From Eledone cirrhosa (Eukaryota): a stretch of 64,000 bases of DNA. Shown one piece after another: positions 30,296 through 39,744 of the stretch. The first letter of the stretch is position 1, and each line of letters opens with the position of its first letter. Under the pieces are notes generated by a model. It ran no database searches and was not told the DNA's origin. It worked only from the letters and a program-made list of their open reading frames with translations. The position numbers were made by a program, and so were the translations under genes. The stretch is from NCBI GenBank assembly GCA_964016885.1, contig OZ024754.1:17732001-17796000 (forward strand), read 5' to 3'.

Positions 30296-30475
30296 CTCCC
30301 AACATCCTTATCTGTGCCTCTAGTGATTCACATTTCATAAGCTCTCTTTCATAGGCACCCAGTGTTTTCATCACTTCTTGCTTGGAAGCTGTCACTTCTC
30401 CATTTTTGTCATTGAGACGTTGGGTCAAATATTTCTTCATTTCAGCGAATTTCCATTCTCCCTTTAATGTAACCT
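30296..30475 (-). CDS. Coiled-coil gene, 180-nt repeat exon A (EVTLKGEWKFAEMKKYL...KCESLEAQIRMLG); alternative in-frame start at 30499 (204 nt)
   Basis: Not in the ORF track; translated by hand and open. Donor GGAG|GTAAAT. Two in-frame acceptors: TTTTTTAG| (30499) and ATTGAAG| (30475). Confidence 0.75.
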
Positions 30476-30878
30476 CTTCAATTTGTTTTTGAAAACATTC
30501 TAAAAAAAATTTGTTTAAATGAATGTTATTTTTGGTGTGACTGGATTACATGTAATGTGCTGGTTTGGCATATGATGACAAAATGTTTACATCTGTCATT
30601 CCATGATTGCATGGGTTGGATAGGTCTTTCCTCCCCTTCATGTGTTCTTTTGTCATCACCACTGTAATGTTCAACTTCCTGAGATCATCTCACCTCTTCT
30701 ACTCACATTTTCCACATGGAACTACTTATGCCTCTTCTTCATCATCCATACCTATATTTCATACATAATATATATCCACACTATTACAATCTTTATATCT
30801 TGTACACTGCATCTTAAGGCCAGTTTTTCCATCATACCCATATCTCACTACAATGTCACACCATATTATCATATTTAC

Positions 30879-31170
30879 CTTCCAATAGTTTTATCTGTTC
30901 CTTTAGGGATGCACATTTAGAAATCTCTTCTTCATAGCAACTTTGTAATTTAATCACTTCTTGCTTGGAAGCCTTCAGTTCTTCATCTTTTTCTTTGAGA
31001 TGTTTGGTCAGTTCTTTTGCCCTTTCAATATGTTCCAGTTCATTATTAACTTCCATTCTTTGATTTAATTCAATAGTATGCAGACTCTCGGATTTGTTAA
31101 TGTTGATGCTTTGAACATCATTTTGTTCTTTCAAGCTCTTATACAGATTTTGGAGCTGGTTTAATCGTTC
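30879..31170 (-). CDS. Coiled-coil gene, 292-nt exon (ERLNQLQNLYKSLKEQND...KCASLKEQIKLLE); its 3' 180 nt is a copy of the repeat unit
   Basis: Acceptor CTCTTTAG|GAA, donor GAAG|GTAAAT; phase 0 start matches exon 35087, phase 1 end matches the array. Confidence 0.85.
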
Positions 31171-31239
31171 CTAAAGAGATTTATTTATACATATTAAATA
31201 GATACACACACACAAATATATATATATATTATATATATT

Positions 31240-31399
31240 GGACCGGGCGATGCGTTATGTCCTTGAGCAAGACACTTTATTTCACGTTGCTCCTTCTACC
31301 TGGAGTTGCGACCGATAGATAGTATTAGCAACTGGAAAGACCGACGAAAACATTGTTTCTTCGGTCCGATTTGATGAAAGTCGATTGATGCTTTTTTTT

Positions 31400-31444
<45 letters not shown>

Positions 31445-31610
31445 AGGTGCATAGCTTAGTGGTTAGAGCATTGGGCTTGCAATCGAAAGGTTGTGAGTTC
31501 AATTCTCGGACCGGGTGATGTGTTGTTTCCTTGAGCAAGACACTTTATTTCACATTGCTCCAGTTTACTCAGCTGTAAAAATGAGATGATAGGACTGGGG
31601 TCCTTATCAT
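31240..31610 (+). mobile_element. Two tRNA-headed SINE pieces (31240-31295 fragment; 31443-31610)
   Basis: CCTTGAGCAAGACACTTT core appears twice; the second has A/B boxes and closely matches 18441-18608. Confidence 0.75.
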
Positions 31611-31769
31611 TAAATTACCCAAGACACGTCCAACGAGATATACCTTGGAGGAGGCCAGCTAAACCTGCATAGGTGTGAGCTGTCATACACACACACACAC
31701 ATATTTATATATAGAGAGAGAGAGAAAGAGAGAGAGATATGAATATGTACTAATTTAAGGTATCATAGC

Positions 31770-31804
<35 letters not shown>

Positions 31805-31857
31805 AATTATTATTAATTAATATGTATGATGATTATGTTTCTCAGTATATGAAGATA

Positions 31858-33970
31858 TCATCATCATCATCATCATCATCATCGTTTAACGTCCGTGTTC
31901 CACGCTTGCATGGGTTTGGAGGGGGGTTTTCCCACTTGAGGCAAGAGTGATTGTCTTGCTCGCATAGGACTGTCTGGCAGGTTTTCTACAGCTGGATGCC
32001 CTTCCTAACACCAACCACATTTACAGTGTGGGGCTGGGGTTTTTTTACCGTGTTGCCTACACGGCCATATTACAGCGTGGACTGTGTGTTTTTTTTTGTC
32101 GTGACACCTACACGATCTCATTTGTTTCAGCCTGGATGTTGTGGCACCAACATAACATTACATTGAAAGGGGCGGTGTGGATGGGGTGGGGGTGGTGGGA
32201 CGGGGGTGTATTTTGTTAGAGATGCCTACTGACTGTAGTAGGTTTTACTTTGTATTTAGGTAAGGCGGGTCTTCTCTATTACTGAGTACCGCCAAAGGTC
32301 TCAGTCCAGTGACATTGTCTTGGAGAGGTGTAAGTGTGTGAGGTCGGAATTTATCAGCTCGTCCCAGGTTTTTCTGGGTCTGCCTACTCCGTAGCTACCG
32401 ACTATCTTTATTGCCCTGCACTTTGTTATACAGCTGTCGTCTTTCATGCGCATCACGTGACCATACCAACGTAGCCTTCTCTCGAGTAAACAACATCTGA
32501 TCCCTCTTATTTCTAATTTTTTCCTTAGTTCGCTTATGCTTTGCCGTTCACGTATGTTACTATTACACATCCAGCGGAGCATGCAAGCTTCGTTCCTCTC
32601 TAGTCTGCGTATATCCTCTGCACACAATGCCCAGGTCTCACTGCCATGCAACATTGCTGTTCGTATGCAGGCATCATACAACTTGCCTTTCATTTTTAGG
32701 GAGAACCCTTTAGTGGCTAATAGTGGTATAAGCTCTCTGAACTTTTTCCATCCAGTTCTGACTCTAGCTACAGTACTTTCAGAGCACCCTCCCCCACTGC
32801 TGATTTTGTCACCCAGGTAACGGAAGCTGTCCACTATTTCTATAGAACCCTCTGCGCAATTGAAAGAGCTAGTATTTTGTGGGCACTTGCTGCTACTTAT
32901 TGCACCAGAGCACCGGCCACATGTAAAATCTATGTTCTTAGTTAGCTTACCTGTGATCCCACTACATCTTTTATGCACCCATACTTTGCATTTGGGACAT
33001 AGAATGGAGTTTCTACCTATGCCTTTCCTACACACTGAGCATGGCCATTTCCCGGAAGGGACCGTCGCCTTATTTTCTTTCCTACAAACTAGAACTTTAG
33101 TCTTAGCCAGGTTAATTTTAAGCCCTTTTGATTCTAGGCCATGCTTCCATGTTTGGAATTTCTTCTCTAGCTTGGCCATTGATTCAGCTATGAGTGTTAG
33201 ATCATCTGCGTATAGGAGTTCCCATGGGCAGCCGGTCTTGAACTCCACTGTTATAGCCTGAAGGGCAATAATAAATAGTAGGGGGCTAAGAACAGAGCCC
33301 TGATGTACACCAACTTTTACACTAAACTCTTCACTATATTCGTTAATTCTAACCTTGCTGACTGTTTCTTTATACATGGCTTGTATAGCTCTCACAAGCC
33401 ATTCGTCAACACCTAGTTTTCTAAGAGCCCACCAGATAATGGAGCAGGGGACTCTGTCAAAGGCTTTCTCCAAGTCAACAAAAGCTAAGTATAGGGGTTT
33501 ACTTTTAGCTAGGTACTTCTCCTGTAGTTGTCGTACAATGAAAAGAGCGTCTGTGGTACTTTTGCCTGACACAAAACCGAACTGCATTTCATCTAGATCA
33601 ATTCTCTCTCTGATTAGTTGCGCTATAACTTTTTCCGTGACCTTCATGACCTGGTCGATTAATTTAATGCCTCTATAGTTACTCCTATCTAGGGCATCTC
33701 CTTTACCCTTGTAACAGTTAATGATGATGCTGCTACGCCAGTCCTTCGGAACAACCCCATTCTGTATGACTTGGTTTACTATCCGGGTGACCATGGTGTG
33801 TCCCACCGTTCCAGAGGCTTTCAGCATCTCAGCAACTATTTCCGAAGGCCCAGCCATCTTACCCATCTTCATATCTTTGATTGCCTTACTTATTATACTA
33901 CCTTCGACTAACACTGCCGGTCCCTCTATTGGGTCGATGTGGGGGAGACTGTCTTTCTCCCATTTATTCT
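31858..33970 (-). mobile_element. 5'-truncated RTE LINE of a diverged family: uninterrupted 537-codon RT+PHD frame and long 3' region
   Basis: ORF 33914-32301 has NYRGIKL, DLEKAFDRV, QGSVLSP, YADD, C4HC3, FRYLG and RRLRWYGHV. The TGA at 32301 looks premature (frame continues DLWRYSVIEKTRLT to ~32257). (CAT)n tail at ~31858. Confidence 0.93.
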
Positions 33971-34030
33971 CCTCCTTATATATTCTCCTCCTTATATATT
34001 CTCCTCCTTATATATTCTCCTCCTTATATA
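33965..34030. repeat. 16-bp tandem repeat TATTCTCCTCCTTATA x4 at the RTE 5' junction
   Basis: Directly visible. Confidence 0.9.
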
Positions 34031-34316
34031 TATATATATATATAATTAATACAAAAGGAAAAACTAGGTTGTTATTCAAATTCCATCTTTAATATTTATA
34101 ATTGTTTCTACGGAGATAAATGTAGCACAGAATCAATCAATTAATTAGTCCAACAATTAATAATTAATAATTTAAATAACACTCATTTGTCAGGAAAAAT
34201 AAATAGAAACATTTAGTTACTTAAAACATCCAGCAAAAATATCAGCAAGCTTTTGAAAAATGAACAGAACCTGTGTTCTGTTCACTTTTCAAACAGCGCC
34301 ATTTGATGTGTATTTT

Positions 34317-34376
34317 CTGACACTTCTTTCTGACACTTCTTTCTGACACTTCTTTCTGACACTTCTTTCTGACACA
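34317..34376. repeat. 13-bp tandem repeat CTGACACTTCTTT x~4.5
   Basis: Directly visible. Confidence 0.9.
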
Positions 34377-34689
34377 GCTTGTCAGAATGTTCTGCTTTTA
34401 ACAACATCCAAGGCATCTGGATGTTGTGGCTGATGATGCAAAATTTGCTTAGCTCTTTTTTTTTCTACCACTTATATGTTTCATGGAACTACACAGTTCT
34501 GAGTTAAGCATAGAGAAACATTGGGCATCTGGCATCAAGGGACATTGTTGGGCACTCACAATCCTCACCCAGTTGGAAAATGTAGCTGATGGAATGTCAA
34601 TCTTTACATTCTCTATAAGTATTGCCAGCAACCAGAGATTTATGAGAGTTCAGTTACACTATCAAAACAAAGTTCAGGCTACCAATTAA

Positions 34690-35040
34690 CAAAACTGTAT
34701 ATGAACCAAGAAAAGACTCTACATGGACATTCAATATGTTAGATATAGCAACTAAATCTCCTTCAAATAAAGTCTAACAAAACCGAGGCTTACATTGGAC
34801 CACCTAGTCCTAAATACAGTGTTTCAATATTAGAGATAGTTTGGGTCTAAACAACAAAACTGTACATGAACCAAGAAGGGAGCCTCTACGTAGTCAATTA
34901 ACCTGCTAGAAATAGCAGTTAAATCTCCTTTAGATCAAGTCCTACAGTCTAACAAAACTGAGGGATATACTGGACCACCTAGTCCTAAATACACAGTGTC
35001 TCAATATCAGGGATGGCTTGGAGCTAAACAACAAAAACTG
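34690..35040 (+). repeat. Tandem duplication (~170 bp x2) of an interspersed-repeat tail ending CTAAACAACAA
   Basis: CAAAACTGTA.ATGAACCAAGAA, TAAATCTCCTT and GGACCACCTAGTCCTAAATAC each occur twice. Confidence 0.75.
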
Positions 35041-35086
35041 GACACAATTTCAACAACCAAAAGAAAATCTTCAGAAAGAATCTTAC

Positions 35087-35250
35087 TTCTAAAATATCTC
35101 GCTCAGATGTAACTTTTGAAAGATCAATCTTTAACTGTTCATGAATATCTGGAACAATCCATGCTGCCTTGATCTCTTCCAATTCTGTTTTTAATTCATT
35201 CATTAAATGGTCAGTTACAACATCCATAGTTTCTCTGTTTAGTTTTTTTT
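35087..35250 (-). CDS. Coiled-coil gene exon (EKKLNRETMDVVTDHLMNELKTELEEIKAAWIVPDIHEQLKIDLSKVTSERDILE)
   Basis: Acceptor TTGTTTTCAG|, donor GAA|GTAAGA; 164 nt, phase 1 to 0, compatible with both neighbours. Confidence 0.85.
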
Positions 35251-35424
35251 CTGAAAACAAACAAAATTATTAATTAACATTCAACTTTGCAAACCTCATC
35301 TTGCTTTCTATTCCCCAGACACCATTATTCAGGGAGTCATAACTGGTATCCTAATTTTAAAGACAATTTCTAATCTGTTGTCCAGAAGCTTCTATTTTTT
35401 TTACCAATATAATCCAATGAAATC

Positions 35425-35530
35425 TTATCATCATCATTGTTTTTACGTCCATTTTTCGACGCTTGCATGGATTGGACCGGTCCTTTTCGGCACAGCATCA
35501 CTCCACTCACCACGTTCCTTTGTCATCTCC
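35425..35530 (-). mobile_element. RTE 3'-end fragment
   Basis: TTTTACGTCC...CTTGCATGG...CACAGCATC...CCTTTGTCATCTC matches the 3' ends at 18980 and 22470. Confidence 0.7.
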
Positions 35531-35646
35531 TCTAAAATATTATTTCTACATCATATTCAGATATCAATTGATCAAATCGATCGACAAGATACCAGACATC
35601 ATTCGTATACCTGAGTGGGTGGAACTCATCACATCAGACACAGGAA

Positions 35647-35936
35647 CAGAGGCATAAATAGTGAAAATGGCACCTATGGCAAGCAGTGAAATTGCGCCCC
35701 TGCCCAGCTCTGTATTTTTACCTATGGAGGCCTAATAATTTATATAAATAGTTTAATGATCCAGCCACAATAGTGTTTCTCACCCATGATAATCAGAGAC
35801 AGACCATACATCTGAAGAGGATTTTTTTCACTCTCCAACGAGGTTTATTTCACTTTAATACAATGTGCTCCTAGTCCATGTGGCGCCCCCTTCATATGGC
35901 ACATGCCATGCTTACCATCCCCTAGTTACATCTCTG
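35647..35936. mobile_element. Possible hAT-like MITE
   Basis: Imperfect terminal inverted repeats CAGAGGCATAAATAG / CTAGTTACATCTCTG; the putative 8-bp target-site duplication matches only 5/8. Confidence 0.4.
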
Positions 35937-36443
35937 CCTAGCAAACAATATTTCCATTGGACTTTCCATTGCTGATACTATCTACTGGTTGCAATTCAAA
36001 TATAGAGTTGTATAAAGATGGCTTTTGATCAACTAAAATTACTTAGGCTGTCTTACTACTTGTACTAGTACTTGTGTGATTGTGTTCACTCTTGATAGCT
36101 TGAACCAGCTTCAGTTATTGGATCTATAGAATTGTGAACAGGTAATTGCAATAAGTCTTTGAACAAGTAATTTTACAATTAAATACTCTTGGGAAGTTAG
36201 AATATTTTAAACCACTGACCAAATTATGAATGTAAATCTTTTGGAGATTCAATAGTGAATGTAAAGTATGAAACCTTCTCATAGGATTGTGTGTTTAGGT
36301 GATATAAGGTTTCTTTGTAGCAGTTCCCCTCTCTCTCTCTCTCTCTCTCTCTTTCTCACTCTCTCTCTCTCTCTCTCACTCACACACTCTCTCTTTCTCA
36401 CATACACACAGACACATTATTTAAATATAAAGTTTACAATCAC

Positions 36444-36669
36444 CTGACTGAGATACAACAGTTTTTTCAAAATCTTTCTTCAAAACTTCATACATTTCTC
36501 TCAATTTTGCTAAATTGTCTTCTGTAGAATTTTTTCTCTGAATTGTCTCATCCAAGATGTTTTGTTTGTGATCCAAACTCTGCTCAAGACTTGAACATTT
36601 CCTCTGCTCTAGTTGTAGTTCCTCCAGATACTTCACTCGGTCTAATTGAACCATCTTAAGCTGGGATTT
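36444..36669 (-). CDS. Coiled-coil gene exon (KSQLKMVQLDRVKYLEELQLEQRKCSSLEQSL...FEKTVVSQS)
   Basis: Acceptor TTCTTTCAG|, donor CAG|GTGATT; 226 nt, phase 0 to 1. Confidence 0.85.
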
Positions 36670-36684
36670 CTGAAAGAACGTGAA

Positions 36685-36792
36685 ATGATATAGTGAGAAC
36701 ACAGCCATTACTTAACCACTGTGCCATGATATAGTGGTAACACAGCCATTCCTCAGTCACTATGCCATGATACAGTGACAACACAGCCATTG
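36685..36792. repeat. ~41-bp tandem repeat x~2.7 (ATGATATAGTG..AACACAGCCATT...)
   Basis: AACACAGCCATT recurs at ~41-bp spacing within a short intron. Confidence 0.75.
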
Positions 36793-36883
36793 ATCTGTAC
36801 CTTCACATTGTATCATGTACTGAGAAACCATTATTAAACATAATAATTAAAACAAGAGATATTTTCTACCAATGTTTACATAC

Positions 36884-36989
36884 CATTTCCTTCAGTTTAT
36901 TTAATTCTTCATACACTTCAGCATTCTCATTCCTTAGAGAATTATTTTCTATTTTCAATAGTCTAAATTCATCACGCTGACAATTCACC
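36884..36989 (-). CDS. Coiled-coil gene exon (VNCQRDEFRLLKIENNSLRNENAEVYEELNKLKEM)
   Basis: Found by hand: poly-T tract + ATCTCCAG| acceptor, ATG|GTATGT donor; 106 nt, phase 2 to 0. Confidence 0.85.
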
Positions 36990-37346
36990 CTGGAGATAAA
37001 AAAAAAAAAAGAGTATATATAGGTGTTTTGTGTTTTTTACTTTTTATTTGTGAAGCTCCCATATTCTAGCTAATATTTTTTAAATCTTACAGCTTCAAAT
37101 TTTCATCTATTAGTTATTATGTTTTTTCACATTACACATTCATATCAACCGATACAATTTGATACCCAATGAAGTTCTCAACTCATTTATAAAATTCTTA
37201 AGATAACAATGAACTTTAAACCTCTATATATACTATTGTATTTTTGTGGTAGAGGCTTTAGCTTACATAATATCTCACATAATATCAAATCTATCGGATT
37301 TTCATATTATTTATTTTGAGAACAATACCTTAACATCAGTATTAGT

Positions 37347-37426
37347 AACCAGTTACGGCTGGTTTGTACAGAAAGAAGTGATAGAATTCTGGCCGGATAC
37401 GGCCAGTTTAAATGCTAAAGGGTTAA
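37347..37426. mobile_element. Terminus of the piggyBac-like MITE family
   Basis: GAATTCTGGCCGGATACGGCCAGTTTAAATGCTAAAGGGTTAA is the reverse complement of 24722-24765. Confidence 0.7.
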
Positions 37427-37434
37427 ACAGATCA

Positions 37435-38380
37435 TCTATATATCTAAAACAGAGAATGTCTGTCTGTCGGTCTGATTCCCTAAAACTCGAGAACCACCCA
37501 ATCGATTTTTTTCAAACTTTACACATGTAATACTTATGGTTGTGTGAGTGTTTTGAGCAAAAATATTTCAAATTTTCAATGCCCTAGGGACCGCATTAGG
37601 CGCCGGTTATTGATCTCTCTCTCTCTCTCTTAGTCTGTCTTTTTAGATAGATACATAGCTATAACGTCGCACCCTTATAATATCTGTCTGTATGTCTGGC
37701 TGTCTGCATTACGACATTATGAAAACATAAAACACTGAAGTAAATATTTTGAAAAACGTTGCAACCAAAGGAAAACAGGAAGACGATACTTTGGTTCGTG
37801 AAGACGTTCCCTGGCAATGAATGGAAAAAAATGAAGTTAATACATCAGCAATGAGAACAATATTTGCTCTAGGGTTCTTATATATTTGATATATATTTAT
37901 CCTTATCGAGCCCTCTTTGGTTCGACTAACACTATATATATACACACACTATATATGCATATATACACACACACACAGATAGCGAAGTCAATGTTTTCAT
38001 AATGTTGTAATGCAGATAGATACATAGCTGTAATGCCGTGCCCCGGTTAAGACGGCACCCATGGTTTAGCAATTACATAGTCAATGGTTCGGAAATCACA
38101 TGCATCACTGACGAGTTTACTCCTTACTCTACCAGTTAGTTTTAATGTACTTCGTCCTGATTTTAGGTCATGCCTCGAAGGAAGAGATACTCCATTGGCC
38201 AAAATACTGCGAAAGAGGCAAGAAAAAGAACAAGGTGGGCAAACGAATCGTCAGTGGAATCTGCTATTCGATGGTCACAAGGCTGAGGTATTCCATACTT
38301 CTCTGTACTGTTTCAGAAAGGAGGCATAAACATGCCAATCTATGTTTAGAATCCTGAGCAACGCCGGGCCATTCTACTAG
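37435..38380 (+). mobile_element. Non-autonomous Helitron
   Basis: A|TCTATATAT 5' end, subterminal GC-rich hairpin CCTGAGCAACGCCGGG, CTAG|T 3' end, no target-site duplication. Confidence 0.7.
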
Positions 38381-38494
38381 TACTTTACTAATTCTTCTCC
38401 AATATCTACAAATCTTCTCTATTCAATGCCATTGTTTCTCTGATATTCGGTATATTATTTAAACACACCTACTAGAATATGATGTTTTGTGTAG

Positions 38495-38865
38495 GAAAGA
38501 TGTGCTAGATTTAGCAACAGATGCGCTAGATGTAATAATAGATGTGCTAGATGTAATAACAGATGTATTAACAGGTGTGCTAGATCTAATAATAGATGTA
38601 CTAGATGTAGTAACAGGTGTACTAGATGTAATAACAGATGTACTAGATGTAGTAACAGATAAACTAGATGTAGTAACATATGCACTAGATGTAGTAGCAG
38701 ATGTACAAGATGTAGTAGCAGATGTACTAGATGTAGTAACAGATGTACTAGATGTAGTAATAGATGTTTTACATGTATTAACAGAGGTAATAGATGTAAC
38801 AGATGTGGTAGATATAGTAACAGATGTACTAGATGTAGAAATAGATGTGCTAGATGTAATAATAG
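38495..38865. repeat. 21-bp minisatellite AGATGTAGTAACAGATGTACT
   Basis: Direct periodicity; lies in the intron just downstream (gene sense) of exon 38907. Confidence 0.92.
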
Positions 38866-38906
38866 AAAAATCTAAGCAATGGTTCAAATGATCTGTCTAC
38901 ACATAC

Positions 38907-39024
38907 TTATCAGCCTCAGCAGCTAGTTTATCATATTTATCTTTAAGGTTATCCAATTCATCTGATTGGTTTTGTGACTTCTTCAGATATCGAAGTTTAT
39001 TGTTCAGTTCTTGAATCTTGTCTT
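38907..39024 (-). CDS. Most upstream visible exon of the coiled-coil gene (DKIQELNNKLRYLKKSQNQSDELDNLKDKYDKLAAEADK)
   Basis: Pyrimidine tract + TTCTTCAG| acceptor, AA|GTATGT donor; 118 nt, phase 1 to 2. It begins at an acceptor, so more exons lie to the right. Confidence 0.82.
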
Positions 39025-39124
39025 CTGAAGAATTCAAAAGCAGAAAATAAAAATACAAATAAAGAAATATAAAAGTGAACATAGAAATAAGGAGAAGATA
39101 TGTAATATCTATTGGAGAGACAGA

Positions 39125-39690
39125 CATAGGACATGGCTAAATGGTTAAAAAATTCACTTTGTAATCATGAAGCCCTTGGCTCAATCCCATTGCGTAATAT
39201 CTTAGGCAAGCATCATATATTGTAGCCATCAGTTAACCAAAATCTTGTTAAGTTAAATTGATGAGAGAGAAACTGTGAGAAACCAACTCTTTGCTTAACA
39301 GGTTTTCTACAGCTGTATGGTCTTCCTATCACCAACTGGTCACGAATTGGAGAGTGCTTTTGGCTCTTTTTGGCATGGTTTCTACAGCAACATGCCCTTT
39401 CTATTAGCAGCTACTTTCTCATGGCACCAGCAATAGGGAGGTTTTACTGACTGATTCAACTGACGATCCCTCACTACTCTACAACAGGTTTGTGATAGAG
39501 GAAGGATGATAAGTATGATGTCATGAGTGTATGACAAGTGTTCTGAAGTAGATTTATGTCTAAAAAAATGAAAGTAATGCAGGACAATGTAGTCAGGAAT
39601 ATATAAAAAGATGGAATGGTCATATGTAGAATGCCTTTGATTATAAGTTAGTTTAGTTATGGTGACCCAGGGCTAAACAGCACCGTAAAA
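39125..39690. mobile_element. Degenerate SINE pieces (tRNA-like head 39125-39290 +, RTE-related tail 39295-39440 -, interspersed-repeat tail 39560-39690 +)
   Basis: GGACATGGCTAAATGGTTAA...CTTAGGCAAG; GGTTTCTACAGC..ATGCCCTT; GAATGCCTTTGAT...GGGCTAAACAGCA. Confidence 0.5.
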
Positions 39691-39744
39691 CAACTAGAAG
39701 GAAGAGGTATATACTACATTGCCTTTTGAACAGAGATCTGATGA

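Noticed and set aside
23852-30499. Acceptors created by A-to-I editing (TTTTCAA read as CAG) in the repeat exons
   Set aside because: A genomic AG giving exactly 180 nt and the right phase exists in every copy, and copy B has deleted the TTTTCAA segment.
32301-33914. Domesticated or active RT gene
   Set aside because: It is 5'-truncated without the endonuclease, has a probable premature stop and ends in a retrotransposon tail; best read as a fairly young dead copy.
34400-34690. Short ORFs and an ADD tripeptide suggesting an exon or RT fragment
   Set aside because: No supporting motifs or convincing splice sites, and exons 35087 and 31170 already join in phase.
23673-39024. Naming the coiled-coil gene (ankycorbin/UACA-like, golgin or centrosomal protein)
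   Set aside because: Only generic heptad composition is visible; there is no diagnostic domain in the window.
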